DNA of 64,000 nt from an uncultured delta proteobacterium. GTDB lineage: Bacteria > Myxococcota_A > UBA9160 > SMWR01. This document shows positions 28,893 to 38,587 of this stretch, piece by piece. Under the pieces are notes generated by a model. The model had not been told where the DNA came from. It was given only the letters and a program-made list of their open reading frames with translations, and made no database searches. The translations under genes were made by a program, and so were the position numbers. Location: contig CAWHTE010000006.1 of assembly GCA_963832165.1 (NCBI GenBank), forward strand, positions 1-64,000. Reading direction: 5' to 3'. Each line of letters begins with the position of its first letter. The stretch's first letter is position 1.

Positions 28893-30466
28893 CTCCGGCG
28901 GCGGCCCTCGAGGCACACGTTCTTCGACGACACGCGCAGCCGCTCGCGCCGGATGTCCTCGATCCCGCGCGCCGCGAGCAGCGCGCGCAGCTGCCGCTCG
29001 TCGAATCCCGTCTTGTGGAAGTTGTAGGGGTGGTCCTGAGCGCCGTAGATCCACTCGATCGCGCGCTCGGTGGTGAGACGGCCGCGCAGCAGCGCACGCG
29101 CGAGCGCGCGTACGTCGGGCGTCTGCACGCGCAGCACGCCGCCCGCGCGCAGCACGCGAACCCACTCGTCGAGCAGCGACTCGGTTTCCGCCTGGGGAAA
29201 GTGCTCGAGCACGTCCTGGGCGAGCACCGCGTCGAGGCTGCCGTCGGCAAACGGCAGAGCCGCGGCCGACGCGACCACCTGGATGCCCGGAACCGGCCGG
29301 ATGTCGAGATTGATCATGCCGGCCCGCGCGTCCTCCCCCGCTCCGAGGTTCAGCCGCCGCGGCGCGAGCCGTTCGATCAGCGCGCGCCAGTCCGCGCGGA
29401 ATACATCGGCCGCCTGCGCACGCCCCGCGCTGGCGCCGGCCTTGAGGCGGTCGAGCAGCGCGCGATCGGTCGCGCAGCGCTCGATCTGGGCGCGCAGGTC
29501 GTCCGGCTCCACGTCGCGGATCGTCTGCGCGCCGTAGCTGCCCGCGTCGCGCGCGCGCACGAGCAGTCCGTTGCGCTCGTGCTCGACGATCTCGTTCATG
29601 GGCGCACCGTCGGTCGCGATCACGGGCACTCCTGCGTGCAGACTCTCGAGCACCGGGTAGCCCACTCCCTCGAACCGGCTCGGGAAGAGTGTGACGTCGA
29701 CGCCCGCGAGCAGCTCGCGCATCGCCTCGTTCGAGACCTCGCGGTCGAGCACGCGCATGCGCGGGTGGAACGATTCGACGGCGCCGAGCGCGCCCCGCGC
29801 GTCGGGGTGCACCTTCACGAGAAGGTGCAGCGACTCACAGCGCGGCAGCAGCGCGCGGAACGTCTCGAACACGAGCTTCACCTGGCGTCGATCGACGGGA
29901 CCGCCCACGCCCACGTTGAAGTAGACCACGGTGTCTTTGCCGGTCGGGCGCGCGGCGCCGAGCGGTGCGGCCAGCGCGAGCGGCAGCACGACGACGTTGC
30001 GCAGCCCTTCGCGCTCGAGCGTGCGCGCGGTGGCCGCGCCGTACGCCACGACCACGTCCGCCTCCGCGAGCTCACGCACGCGCGTGGCCGGGTCGGGCGG
30101 CAGCCAGTCGGGCAGCGCGACGATGATCGAGCGCACGCCCACGCTGCGGCAATGCGCGCACAGCCGCGGCGACGCGCGCTCGACGCCGATCCACACGTCG
30201 AGCTCGGCGAGCCAGCGCACGAGCCGCGTACCGCGAGCCACGACGCGCGGATGCGCGAGCTCGCGGTCGGCGCGGTGTGCGCGCACGCGCTCGAACGAGC
30301 CATCGACGCGGCCGAGCTTGCGCACCGGGAAGACCTGGGCGCGGCCGTCCAGGGCCCACTCGATCTGGCGCGTGAGCGTGGACAGCCCGCGGCGCAGCTC
30401 GTACGGCGTCAGGATCCCGACGCGCGGTAGCTCGACCGGTGCCGCCGACCGCCTCGCCCAGGGCAT
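28889..30466 (-). CDS. GT4 glycosyltransferase fused to a class I SAM methyltransferase
   Basis: FPSRFEGVGYPVLESLHAGVPVIATD, then RLNLGAG, LPFADGSLD, VLEH, RVLRAGG. Confidence 0.88.
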   Translation of the reverse strand: MPWARRSAAPVELPRVGILTPYELRRGLSTLTRQIEWALDGRAQVFPVRKLGRVDGSFERVRAHRADRELAHPRVVARGTRLVRWLAELDVWIGVERASPRLCAHCRSVGVRSIIVALPDWLPPDPATRVRELAEADVVVAYGAATARTLEREGLRNVVVLPLALAAPLGAARPTGKDTVVYFNVGVGGPVDRRQVKLVFETFRALLPRCESLHLLVKVHPDARGALGAVESFHPRMRVLDREVSNEAMRELLAGVDVTLFPSRFEGVGYPVLESLHAGVPVIATDGAPMNEIVEHERNGLLVRARDAGSYGAQTIRDVEPDDLRAQIERCATDRALLDRLKAGASAGRAQAADVFRADWRALIERLAPRRLNLGAGEDARAGMINLDIRPVPGIQVVASAAALPFADGSLDAVLAQDVLEHFPQAETESLLDEWVRVLRAGGVLRVQTPDVRALARALLRGRLTTERAIEWIYGAQDHPYNFHKTGFDERQLRALLAARGIEDIRRERLRVSSKNVCLEGRRRS

Positions 30467-30568
30467 CCGCACGCGGGAACGATATCCAGATTTCTTCGCG
30501 GAGGCTCCGCGGGGGCTCAATGGGGCTCTCCGATACCTCCTGCACCAACGCTCGAGGAGACCCCCCAG

Positions 30569-31018
30569 ATGAGCGCACACCCGTCCCGAAATTCGCGATT
30601 GGAGAGCTGGCTGCCCGAGCTCGCGGATCTGCACGGCCCGCGCATCCTGGTCGTCGAGGACGACCGCGAGCTCGAACCGCTCGTGCGCCGCGCGGCCGGC
30701 ACGCTCGCCCCGCCGGTCGCCGTCGACTGGTGCACGAACACGGAGGCCGCGCACGATCTGCTCGCAACCGGCTTCTACGACGCCGTGATCTCCGACTGGC
30801 GCCTGGACGGAGACCTGTCGGGCATCGCGCTGCGCAGCGAATGCTTCGAGCTCCAGCCCCAGGCGGTGTTCGCGATGACCTCGGCGTATCCGCTCTCCCG
30901 CTACCTCTACAGCGTCGGCGGCCGGGCGACCCCGTTCCTGGCCAAGCCGTTCGACCTGGTGCGCTGCCGGAAGTTCCTGCGCTCGCTGATTACGAGCGAG
31001 GAAGGGGCGCAGTCATGA
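30569..31018 (+). CDS. Stand-alone receiver domain protein 1
   Basis: ILVVEDD, AVISDWRL, MTSA, FLAKPF. Confidence 0.85.
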   Translation: MSAHPSRNSRLESWLPELADLHGPRILVVEDDRELEPLVRRAAGTLAPPVAVDWCTNTEAAHDLLATGFYDAVISDWRLDGDLSGIALRSECFELQPQAVFAMTSAYPLSRYLYSVGGRATPFLAKPFDLVRCRKFLRSLITSEEGAQS

Positions 31019-31458
31019 GCCAATCGCAGCAGGACGCGATCCGCGTGCTGATCGTCGAGGACGAGATCGAGGCCGCGCGACTGGTGGTGCGCCGGCTCTC
31101 GCGCTATCCGGCGGCGCGCTTCGAGATCACGCACGTCTCGGACCTGACCTCCGCGTTCACGCGGATCGAGCACGAGGAGTTCGACGTGATGGTGCTCGAT
31201 CTCGGGCTTCCCGATGGAGACGGCTTCAACACGATCGCCTCCGCGTGCGGCGTAGCGCAGCACCTTCCGATCGTGGTGCTCACGGGCGAGGACGACGACG
31301 AGATGTCGGTGCGCGCGATCCGCGCCGGCGCCGAGGACTATCTGGTCAAGCCGCTGACCGACGTGAAACCCGTGGCTCGGACACTCCGGAACGCGGTCGA
31401 ACGCCACAAGCGGCGCACCGCCGCGCTGCGGCGACAGGGACAAGAGGTGGCAGCATGA
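31015..31458 (+). CDS. Stand-alone receiver domain protein 2
   Basis: VLIVEDE, MVLDLGLPD, VLTG, YLVKP; ATGA overlap. Confidence 0.9.
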   Translation: MSQSQQDAIRVLIVEDEIEAARLVVRRLSRYPAARFEITHVSDLTSAFTRIEHEEFDVMVLDLGLPDGDGFNTIASACGVAQHLPIVVLTGEDDDEMSVRAIRAGAEDYLVKPLTDVKPVARTLRNAVERHKRRTAALRRQGQEVAA

Positions 31459-31898
31459 CCCCCCGAACGAGCGACGCCTCACAGCGACCGATCGACATCC
31501 TGCTGATCGAGGACGACCCCGAATACCGGCGCCTGATCGAGCGCTGGCTCGTCAACTCGACCGAGGCCCGCTTCGGCGTCACGTGCGCCGCGCGCCTCGA
31601 CGACGCCTGGCATCGCCTCGCCGCGAGCGACGTGATCCTGCTCGACCTCGAGCTGCCCGACGCGGGTGGCCTCGAGACGCTCGTGGCCGCGCGCGAGCTC
31701 GCGGGTGACTTGCCGATCGTGGTGCTGACCGGCAGCGACGAGACCGACATCGGTCAGCGCGCGGTGCGCGCAGGCGCGGACGCGTTCGTGTCGAAGCGCC
31801 GCGCCGAGCCGCAGATCCTGCACCTCGCGCTGCGGCGCGCGCTCGCCGGGCGCGAGCACGCGCGCGCGCAGGCGCGCCTGCGACGAATGACCGACTAG
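31455..31898 (+). CDS. Stand-alone receiver domain protein 3
   Basis: ILLIEDD, ILLDLELPD, VLTG, FVSK; ATGA overlap. Confidence 0.9.
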   Translation: MTPRTSDASQRPIDILLIEDDPEYRRLIERWLVNSTEARFGVTCAARLDDAWHRLAASDVILLDLELPDAGGLETLVAARELAGDLPIVVLTGSDETDIGQRAVRAGADAFVSKRRAEPQILHLALRRALAGREHARAQARLRRMTD

Positions 31899-32539
31899 AG
31901 CGGCGCGGGGCCGGCCGGGAGCTGATCGTCGATCGACTCCTCGCGCTTGCGGTCGACGGCCTCGAACGCGCACAGCTTCTGCGCGAACGGGTAGACGGCG
32001 GCATAGGCCTGACGCACGTAGGCGCGCGCCTGGGTTTCGAGCACGTCGTACGGGCCGTAGGAGAGCCCGTTGTAGAGCGTGGGGATCTTGGTGGGCTCGC
32101 CCTGGCTCGCTTCTGGAGCGACCTCGCCGTTGCGCTGATACACCGTCACGCCCGGGTCGTAGCCCTCGTTCATGTTGCGCGCCGAGAGCATCGCGCTGAA
32201 CACGTACCCGTCCTTCCGCGAATTCTCGGACGCGAGGATCATGAGCGACCAGTAGGCCTCGTCGCTCGAGCGCGTGACGCGCGTGCCGAGCGCCTTGAAC
32301 TCCTTCGTCATCGCCTTGGCCACGCGCTCTCCGACCGCGGAGTTGCCCTCGCGCGAGTAGTCGATCATCACGGTCATGAACTCGCAGCCGAGTTGCGCCA
32401 TCTCGGGCGCGGGCTTGCGCTGCACGGGCTTCGCCTGGGGCGGCTCGTACTGGAACGATTGCACGACCGAACCGAGGGTGTGGCAGCCGCAAGCGAGCAG
32501 CAGCGGCAACCACAGCAGCGCGCGCAGTCGCAGTCCCAT
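31895..32539 (-). CDS. Hypothetical lipoprotein
   Basis: MGLRLRALLWLPLLLACGC lipobox-like N-terminus. Confidence 0.75.
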   Translation of the reverse strand: MGLRLRALLWLPLLLACGCHTLGSVVQSFQYEPPQAKPVQRKPAPEMAQLGCEFMTVMIDYSREGNSAVGERVAKAMTKEFKALGTRVTRSSDEAYWSLMILASENSRKDGYVFSAMLSARNMNEGYDPGVTVYQRNGEVAPEASQGEPTKIPTLYNGLSYGPYDVLETQARAYVRQAYAAVYPFAQKLCAFEAVDRKREESIDDQLPAGPAPL

Positions 32540-32652
32540 CCGGATCCGCCCCCTCGTGGGACCCGCCTGACAGGCCCCCGTAGTCTTATCGACCGCCCCC
32601 CCGGGCCCACTCGAGCGATTTTCGGCGAGCGGTTCGGGCGGCGACTCCGCCG

Positions 32653-33993
32653 TTGCTTTGCCCGGGCGCTGGCCCGCTAATATGGCTCGACATCTTGGGC
32701 CGGTCCACCGAAACACCGCGATCGCACTGGGTTATCGCGACCCTCTGGCTTCATGTGGTGCCCGCGCTCGTCGCGATCGCAGTCGCAGGACCCGCGGGCG
32801 CCGCAACCGACCATTACGACGTCGACTACCACGTGCGGTTCGTGCCGAAGGAAGGCGCCGCCGCGGTGACGATCGCCATCCGCCCTCACGGCGCGCGCGC
32901 GACCCGGATTCGCCTGCGCATGGATCCGAGCCGCTACGACCAGGTGCGCGGCGACGGCCGCGTCGCGCGCGCGGGCAACCGCGTCACCTGGGAGCCGCCC
33001 GAGAAGGGCGGCTCGCTGCACTATCGCTATCGCATCGACCACCAGCGCAAGGGCGACGGCTTCGACGCCAAGATCGGCCCGCGCTGGGTGATCGTGCGCG
33101 GCGACGACCTCGTGCCCGCCGCCTCGGTGATCGCAACGCGCGGCGCCGATGCACGCGCGCGGCTGCGCTTCACGCTGCCCGACGGCTGGACCAACGTCGA
33201 CACGCCCTATCGCCTCGCGCGCAACGCGCGCGAGTTCGTTGTGATCGATCCCAATCACCGCTTCGATCGCCCGGTCGGATGGATCATCGCGGGAGAGGTC
33301 GGCACGCGCCGCGAGTGGATCGCGGGCTGCGAGTTCAGCGTCGGCGGACCGAAGGGCGAGCCCGTGCACCGCAACGACGTCGTGGCGTTCGCGAACGTGA
33401 CGCTGCCGCACGTCGAGCGCGCGTTCGGCGAGCTGCCGCCCAAGCTGCTCGTCGTCTCCGCGGGCGACCCGATGTGGCGCGGCGGCCTGTCGGGTCCGCG
33501 CTCGCTGTTCCTGCACGCAGATCGCCCGCTGTTCTCCGAGAACGGCACGAGCAGCCTCATGCACGAGCTCTTCCACGCGATCACGCGCATCCGCGGCGCC
33601 GAGGGCAACGACTGGATCGCCGAGGGCCTCGCCGAGTACTACTCGATCGAGCTGCCGCGGCGCGCGGGGCTCTTGTCGGCGAGCCGGTTCCAGAAGTCGC
33701 TCGCGTGGATGCAGCGTTTCTCGCGCGGCGTCGATCGCCTGCACGCGCGCCGCTCGAGCGGCAAGATCACCGCGCGCGCGGTGCTGCTCCTGCACGAGCT
33801 CGATCGCGAGATCCACACGCAGAGCGGCGGCAAGGCCCGGCTCGACGACGTTGCGCGCGCGCTGATCCAGGTCCGCGAGGTCTCGCTCGCCGACCTGCGC
33901 GCTGCCGCAAAGCGCGCGAGCGGCGCGCCGTCGAAGGTGCTCGAGTCACCGCTGCTCGAGGAGCCTCCCGCTGCCGCGCCGGCCGCGAAGTGA
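32653..33993 (+). CDS. Secreted gluzincin metallopeptidase (M61/M1-like); start uncertain
   Basis: HELFH followed by WIAEGLAEYY; signal-like stretch ending AGA-AT. Confidence 0.8.
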   Translation: MLCPGAGPLIWLDILGRSTETPRSHWVIATLWLHVVPALVAIAVAGPAGAATDHYDVDYHVRFVPKEGAAAVTIAIRPHGARATRIRLRMDPSRYDQVRGDGRVARAGNRVTWEPPEKGGSLHYRYRIDHQRKGDGFDAKIGPRWVIVRGDDLVPAASVIATRGADARARLRFTLPDGWTNVDTPYRLARNAREFVVIDPNHRFDRPVGWIIAGEVGTRREWIAGCEFSVGGPKGEPVHRNDVVAFANVTLPHVERAFGELPPKLLVVSAGDPMWRGGLSGPRSLFLHADRPLFSENGTSSLMHELFHAITRIRGAEGNDWIAEGLAEYYSIELPRRAGLLSASRFQKSLAWMQRFSRGVDRLHARRSSGKITARAVLLLHELDREIHTQSGGKARLDDVARALIQVREVSLADLRAAAKRASGAPSKVLESPLLEEPPAAAPAAK

Positions 33994-33998
33994 TCCGA

Positions 33999-34361
33999 AT
34001 GGGACTCCCCGACGACGATGCGCTCGTGTTGCTGCACCATCCGCGCTGCTCGAAGAGCCGCGCGGCGCACGCGCTGCTCAGCGAGCGGGGCGTCGCGTTC
34101 ACCGAGCGCCGCTATCTGGAGGAGCCTCTCTCGCGCACAGAGCTCGCGTCGCTGCGCGAGCGGCTCGGACGACCCGCGGCGGAGTGGGTGCGCAAGGGCG
34201 AGGCCGCGTTCGCGGAATCCGGGCTCGGTGCGAGCTCGAGCGATGCGGCGATCCTCGACGCGATGGCGAAGCACCCGATCCTGATCGAGCGGCCGATCCT
34301 CGTGCGCGGCGCGCGCGCCGTGGTCGGGCGCCCGCCCGAGCGCCTGCTCGAGCTGCTGTAG
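33999..34361 (+). CDS. ArsC/Spx family reductase
   Basis: HHPRCSKSR, HPILIERPI, GRPPE. Confidence 0.92.
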   Translation: MGLPDDDALVLLHHPRCSKSRAAHALLSERGVAFTERRYLEEPLSRTELASLRERLGRPAAEWVRKGEAAFAESGLGASSSDAAILDAMAKHPILIERPILVRGARAVVGRPPERLLELL

Positions 34362-34403
34362 CGCGCGCTCAAGCCGCGGCGCCGTCGACTCGATCCGGGG
34401 CCC

Positions 34404-35624
34404 ATGCGGATTGCGATTGCGGCCGAGGGAACCCGCGGAGACATCCATCCGATGCTCGCATTGGCCGAGCTGCTGATCGCCGCGGGCCACACGGTGCGCT
34501 TCTGCGCCCCGCCCGATTTCGGCGCGGTCGTGGCGAAGAGCGGCGCGGAGTTCGTCCCGTTCGGCGCCGACGTGCGCAGCTTCATGTCCGAGAGCGCAGC
34601 CGCGGTACACGCGGGCGGCCTTCGATTCGCGCGCCGGATGCGCGACTGGGGAGAGCTGGGTCTCGCCCACCAGTTTCGCGTGCTGCCCGACGCGGTCGCG
34701 GGCATGGATCGGCTGCTGACCGCGGGAACGATCCTCGCCGGCGCTTCCGCTGCCGAGCTGCACGGCGTGCCGTTCCGCTTCGTCGCCTACACGCCGGCCC
34801 TGCTGCCCTCCCCTGAACACACGCCCGTCTTCTTTCCGTTCCAGGTGCGCAGCCGGCTGGCCAACCGCGCGCTGTGGTGGAGCGCGCGGGCGCTGTTCGC
34901 CGGGATGGTGCTGCGCGATCTGAATCGCGCGCGCCGCGAGCTCGGGCTGCCGCCGGTGCGCAGCGTCATGCGCCACATGCTCTCGCCTCACCCCGTGCTC
35001 GCGGTGGATCGCCCGATTGCTTCGCTACCCGACGACTGCCCGCTCGACGTCGTGCAGATTCCTTGTCTTCACTCGCGCGAGGGCGAGCCGCTGCCCGAGA
35101 AGCTTGAGCACTTCCTGGACGCCGGGCCGGCGCCCGTCTTCCTCGGATTCGGCAGCATGCCGGATGTCGACCCCGCCGCGACGACCGAGCGCCTCTTGTC
35201 CGCGATCGACGCGCTCGGCTGTCGGGCGGTGATCTCGCGCGGCTGGGCGGGGCTCGGCGACGTGGCACTGCCCGAGCACGTCATGGCGATCGGCGATGTC
35301 AACCACGCCCGACTGTTCCCGCGCGTGGCCGCGGTGGTCCATCACGGAGGCGCGGGCACCACGCACACGGCGGCGCGCGCAGGCGTGCCGCAGATCGCGA
35401 TCCCGCACATGCTCGATCAGTTCTACTTCGCGCGCCGCGTCTCCGAGCTCGGGATCGGGCCGCCCTCGATCGCGCGCAAGGACCTCTCCGTCGCGCGTCT
35501 CGTCGAGTCGCTTCGCGCCACGCTGGACAACGAGCATCTGGCCGGCCGCGCAGCCGAGCTCGCCCAGAAGCTCGCCGCGCTCGAGACGATCGAAGCGCAC
35601 CTCGACGCGCTGCTCGCGGGTTAG
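34404..35624 (+). CDS. GT1 glycosyltransferase (sterol glucosyltransferase-like)
   Basis: GTRGDIHP, FLGFGSM, HHGGAGTT, DQFYFA. Confidence 0.92.
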   Translation: MRIAIAAEGTRGDIHPMLALAELLIAAGHTVRFCAPPDFGAVVAKSGAEFVPFGADVRSFMSESAAAVHAGGLRFARRMRDWGELGLAHQFRVLPDAVAGMDRLLTAGTILAGASAAELHGVPFRFVAYTPALLPSPEHTPVFFPFQVRSRLANRALWWSARALFAGMVLRDLNRARRELGLPPVRSVMRHMLSPHPVLAVDRPIASLPDDCPLDVVQIPCLHSREGEPLPEKLEHFLDAGPAPVFLGFGSMPDVDPAATTERLLSAIDALGCRAVISRGWAGLGDVALPEHVMAIGDVNHARLFPRVAAVVHHGGAGTTHTAARAGVPQIAIPHMLDQFYFARRVSELGIGPPSIARKDLSVARLVESLRATLDNEHLAGRAAELAQKLAALETIEAHLDALLAG

Positions 35625-35626
35625 GG

Positions 35627-35842
35627 TTAGCGCGAGCGCCGGCGAGCCAGCGATCGGCAGCCGGCCAGCACGAGCAGCGCGGCGATCGCGCCCGCGATCG
35701 CAGGCGGCTCCGGCACGTCGAGCGTGACGATCCCACGTCCCGCACTCGTATAGTTGAACCCGAACGAGCGGGCGGCCAGCGAGCCGGCGACGAGCTGGAC
35801 CTTCCCAGCGCCCATCACCGTGCGCTTGTCGGTTGCTCGCTC
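35627..35842 (-). pseudogene. Orphan C-terminal fragment of a PEP-CTERM protein
   Basis: ATDKRTVMGAGKVQLVAG..VPEPPAIAGAIAALLVLAGCRSLARRRSR; no signal peptide; open frame begins directly after the upstream TGA. Confidence 0.7.
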
Positions 35843-36811
35843 TCACTCCGGCGCGAGCAGGCGCACCGCCTCGCGCGGGTCGAGCGCCTCTTCGACGAGG
35901 CCGATGATCGCGGTGTCGAGGCCCGCGTCGAAGTACTCCTGGATCCGCGCGCGGCACTCGTCGGGCGTGCCGTGGATGTAGAGGCGATCGCAGGCCTCGT
36001 CCGAGAGCGCAGCGCGCGCGCCCTTGATGTCGCCCTCGCCCCAGCGCTTCCACATCTCGGTGTAGTAGCGCTCGTTGCCGAGCCACTCCTGGTGCTGCCG
36101 ATACGTAGGGACCGAGAGGTAGGGCGCCAGCGACCAGCGCGCGACCTTGCGCACCGTCTCGGCGTCGCGCGTCGGAGAGACGTAGATGCGCGCGGCGATC
36201 TCCTTGCCGTCGCCGAACTTGCGCACGAGAGCGGCGGACTTGGCGACGTCGTCCGGTGTCACGTAGTTGAGGATCGCGCCGTCGGCCTCGCGCCCGGCCA
36301 GCTCGAGCATGCCCTCGCGCAGGGCCGCCACCAGAAGCGGCGGCGGCACCTCCACCCGGCGCCGCAGCTTGAATCCGCGCACCGTGAACGTCTCGTACTC
36401 GCGGCTCGCCTCCCCGCCCGTGAGCGCCGCGCGCAGGAAGCGCACCGTGTCGCGCGTCTGCTGGAACGGCTTCTCGAACGGGCGAGCGTTCTGATACGAG
36501 ACGATGTACTCCGACGAGCTGCCGAGCCCGATCACGCAGCGCCCGGGCGCCGCTTCCGCGAGCGCGGCCGCGCTCATCGCGAGCACGGCCGGACCGCGCG
36601 TCTGCACGGGCAGGATCGCGACGCCGAGCCGCAGCGTGGGCGCCCATTGCGATGCGAGCGCGAGCGGCACGAAGCCGTCGAGGTCCTGCGCCTCGCTCGT
36701 CCACACGTCGGAGTAGCCGAGCAGCTCGAGCTCCGCGACGAAGCTCGCCTGTGTGATGAGCTTCTCGTCCTGGAGCGGGAACGAGATGCCCAGACGCGGC
36801 CCGCGTGCCAC
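35843..36811 (-). CDS. LLM class (possibly F420-dependent) oxidoreductase
   Basis: LGYSDVWTSE, LRLGVAILP, GRCVIGLGSS, AGREADGAILN, HGTPDEC. Confidence 0.88.
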   Translation of the reverse strand: MARGPRLGISFPLQDEKLITQASFVAELELLGYSDVWTSEAQDLDGFVPLALASQWAPTLRLGVAILPVQTRGPAVLAMSAAALAEAAPGRCVIGLGSSSEYIVSYQNARPFEKPFQQTRDTVRFLRAALTGGEASREYETFTVRGFKLRRRVEVPPPLLVAALREGMLELAGREADGAILNYVTPDDVAKSAALVRKFGDGKEIAARIYVSPTRDAETVRKVARWSLAPYLSVPTYRQHQEWLGNERYYTEMWKRWGEGDIKGARAALSDEACDRLYIHGTPDECRARIQEYFDAGLDTAIIGLVEEALDPREAVRLLAPE

Positions 36812-37233
36812 TAGTCGGCCACCTCGCGATAGCCGAGCTCGCGCAGCGCGCTGCGGATCTTCGCGGCGGCCGCGTCGAGCGCCTCGGGCTTCGGCGAGGG
36901 ATCCGCGTTCGCGAAGTTCAGATCGCTGATCGCATCGATCGGAATCAGGTGCACGTGCACGTGCGGCACCTCGATCCCGACGATCGACTGCCCCACCCGC
37001 CTCGGCGCGAACGCGCGCTGGATCGCGCGCCCGACGCCGTGACACACGGTCATCACGTGCCTCGCGAGGTCGGGATCGAGATCGATCCAGTGATCGACCT
37101 CGTCTCGCGTCACGACCAGCGTGTGGCCGGGCTTGACCGGGTTGATCGTCAGGAATGCCACCGCGCGGTCGTCCTTCCAGACGAAGCGCGCGGGCAGCTC
37201 GCCGCGGATGATCTTCGTGAAGATGCTCGCCAT
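36811..37233 (-). CDS. HIT family protein
   Basis: SIFTKIIRGELP, GHTLVV, VPHVHVHLIP. Confidence 0.95.
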   Translation of the reverse strand: MASIFTKIIRGELPARFVWKDDRAVAFLTINPVKPGHTLVVTRDEVDHWIDLDPDLARHVMTVCHGVGRAIQRAFAPRRVGQSIVGIEVPHVHVHLIPIDAISDLNFANADPSPKPEALDAAAAKIRSALRELGYREVAD

Positions 37234-37305
37234 CGTTCCCCCTCGGATCAGCGTGCCATTCTAACCGGAGCGGGGACTACAATCGCGAGCGTGTCGATCG
37301 AACCG

Positions 37306-38583
37306 ATGCCGCCGATCGCGCCGGGGCGCTGGCCCTGGGTGGGCTCGGCGCCCGGCCTGTTGCGGCGTCCCACCGAGTATCTGCGGCGGGCGCGCGCGCA
37401 GCTCGGCGACACGTTCGTCGTCGACGTGTTCGGCTACCGGCTGTTCTTCGTGTTCTCGGCCGAGGGCGTGCGGCGCCTCTACGCGCTGCCCGAGAACGAG
37501 GCGAGCTTCGGGCTCGCCACGTTCACGCTCGTGTTCAAGCACAAGATCCCGCTCGAGCTCGCGGTCGGACGGCGCCACCGCCCGCACGATCTGTTCGGAA
37601 ACCAGGAGGTCGAGGGCTATCTCGACAACCTCGAGCGCGCGGTCGATCACGAGCTCGCGGCGCTCGGCTCCTCGGGTGAGTTCGAGGCGTTCGCGTGGGC
37701 GCGCCGACTCGGGCATCGACTCGGCCTCGGCTGCTGGGCGGGCGCCGAGGCCGCCTCGCCGCGCCACCTCGATCGCCTCGTGCCGCTGTTCGACCGGCTC
37801 GACACCGCGGACTCGTTCGTGCGCCCGTGGCGCGCGCTGTTCGCGACCGCCACGGGCAAGCGGATCGAGCGCAGCGCGATGCGCGGGATCGAGGCCGTGA
37901 TCGCGGAGATCCTCGCCGAGCGCGAGCGCACGGGGGCGCGTCCGGGCGACTACCTCCAGCAGATGTGGGACGCCTGGGCCGACGCACCGCCAGGCGAGCG
38001 CGCGATGCAGGTGGCGCGCGACGTGATGATCATCCACATGGGCGCGCAGTCGAACCTGTACGCCGCGCTCGCGTGGACGCTCGTGAACGTGCTCTTGCGC
38101 CCGGATCTGTTGGCGCGCATCGAGGCAGGCGACGACGCGCTGCTCGAGCGCTGCGCGAACGAGTCGATCCGCATGGCGCAGAACTCGCTCACGCTGCGCC
38201 AGGTGATGCGACCGGTCGAGGTCCACGACGGCCAGCGCGCCTATCAGCTTCCGCCGGGCACGTTCCTCGCGACGATGTTGTCGCTGAACAACCGCAGCGC
38301 GGCACCCGGCCTCGAGGTCTTCGACCCCGACCATTACGAAGGCCGCCGACTCTCTGGCGACGTGCCGCTCGCGGCGCGCGAGCTCGTGAGCACGTTCGGC
38401 CACGGCCGACACTCGTGCCCCGCTCAGCGCTTCTCGATCTCGGCGATCCGCATCGCGCTGCGCCGGCTCGCCCTGCGCTACGAGCTCGCGGCGCGCTTCG
38501 CGAGCGCCGAGCCGCGGCCGCGCCAGCTGGGCGCGGTGGCGCGCGCAGCGCGCCCCTGCCCCGTTTCGTACCGCGCTCGCTGA
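37306..38583 (+). CDS. Cytochrome P450
   Basis: ExxR as ESIR, FDPDHY, heme loop FGHGRHSCPA; I-helix GAQSN. Confidence 0.9.
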   Translation: MPPIAPGRWPWVGSAPGLLRRPTEYLRRARAQLGDTFVVDVFGYRLFFVFSAEGVRRLYALPENEASFGLATFTLVFKHKIPLELAVGRRHRPHDLFGNQEVEGYLDNLERAVDHELAALGSSGEFEAFAWARRLGHRLGLGCWAGAEAASPRHLDRLVPLFDRLDTADSFVRPWRALFATATGKRIERSAMRGIEAVIAEILAERERTGARPGDYLQQMWDAWADAPPGERAMQVARDVMIIHMGAQSNLYAALAWTLVNVLLRPDLLARIEAGDDALLERCANESIRMAQNSLTLRQVMRPVEVHDGQRAYQLPPGTFLATMLSLNNRSAAPGLEVFDPDHYEGRRLSGDVPLAARELVSTFGHGRHSCPAQRFSISAIRIALRRLALRYELAARFASAEPRPRQLGAVARAARPCPVSYRAR

Positions 38584-38587
38584 GTCG

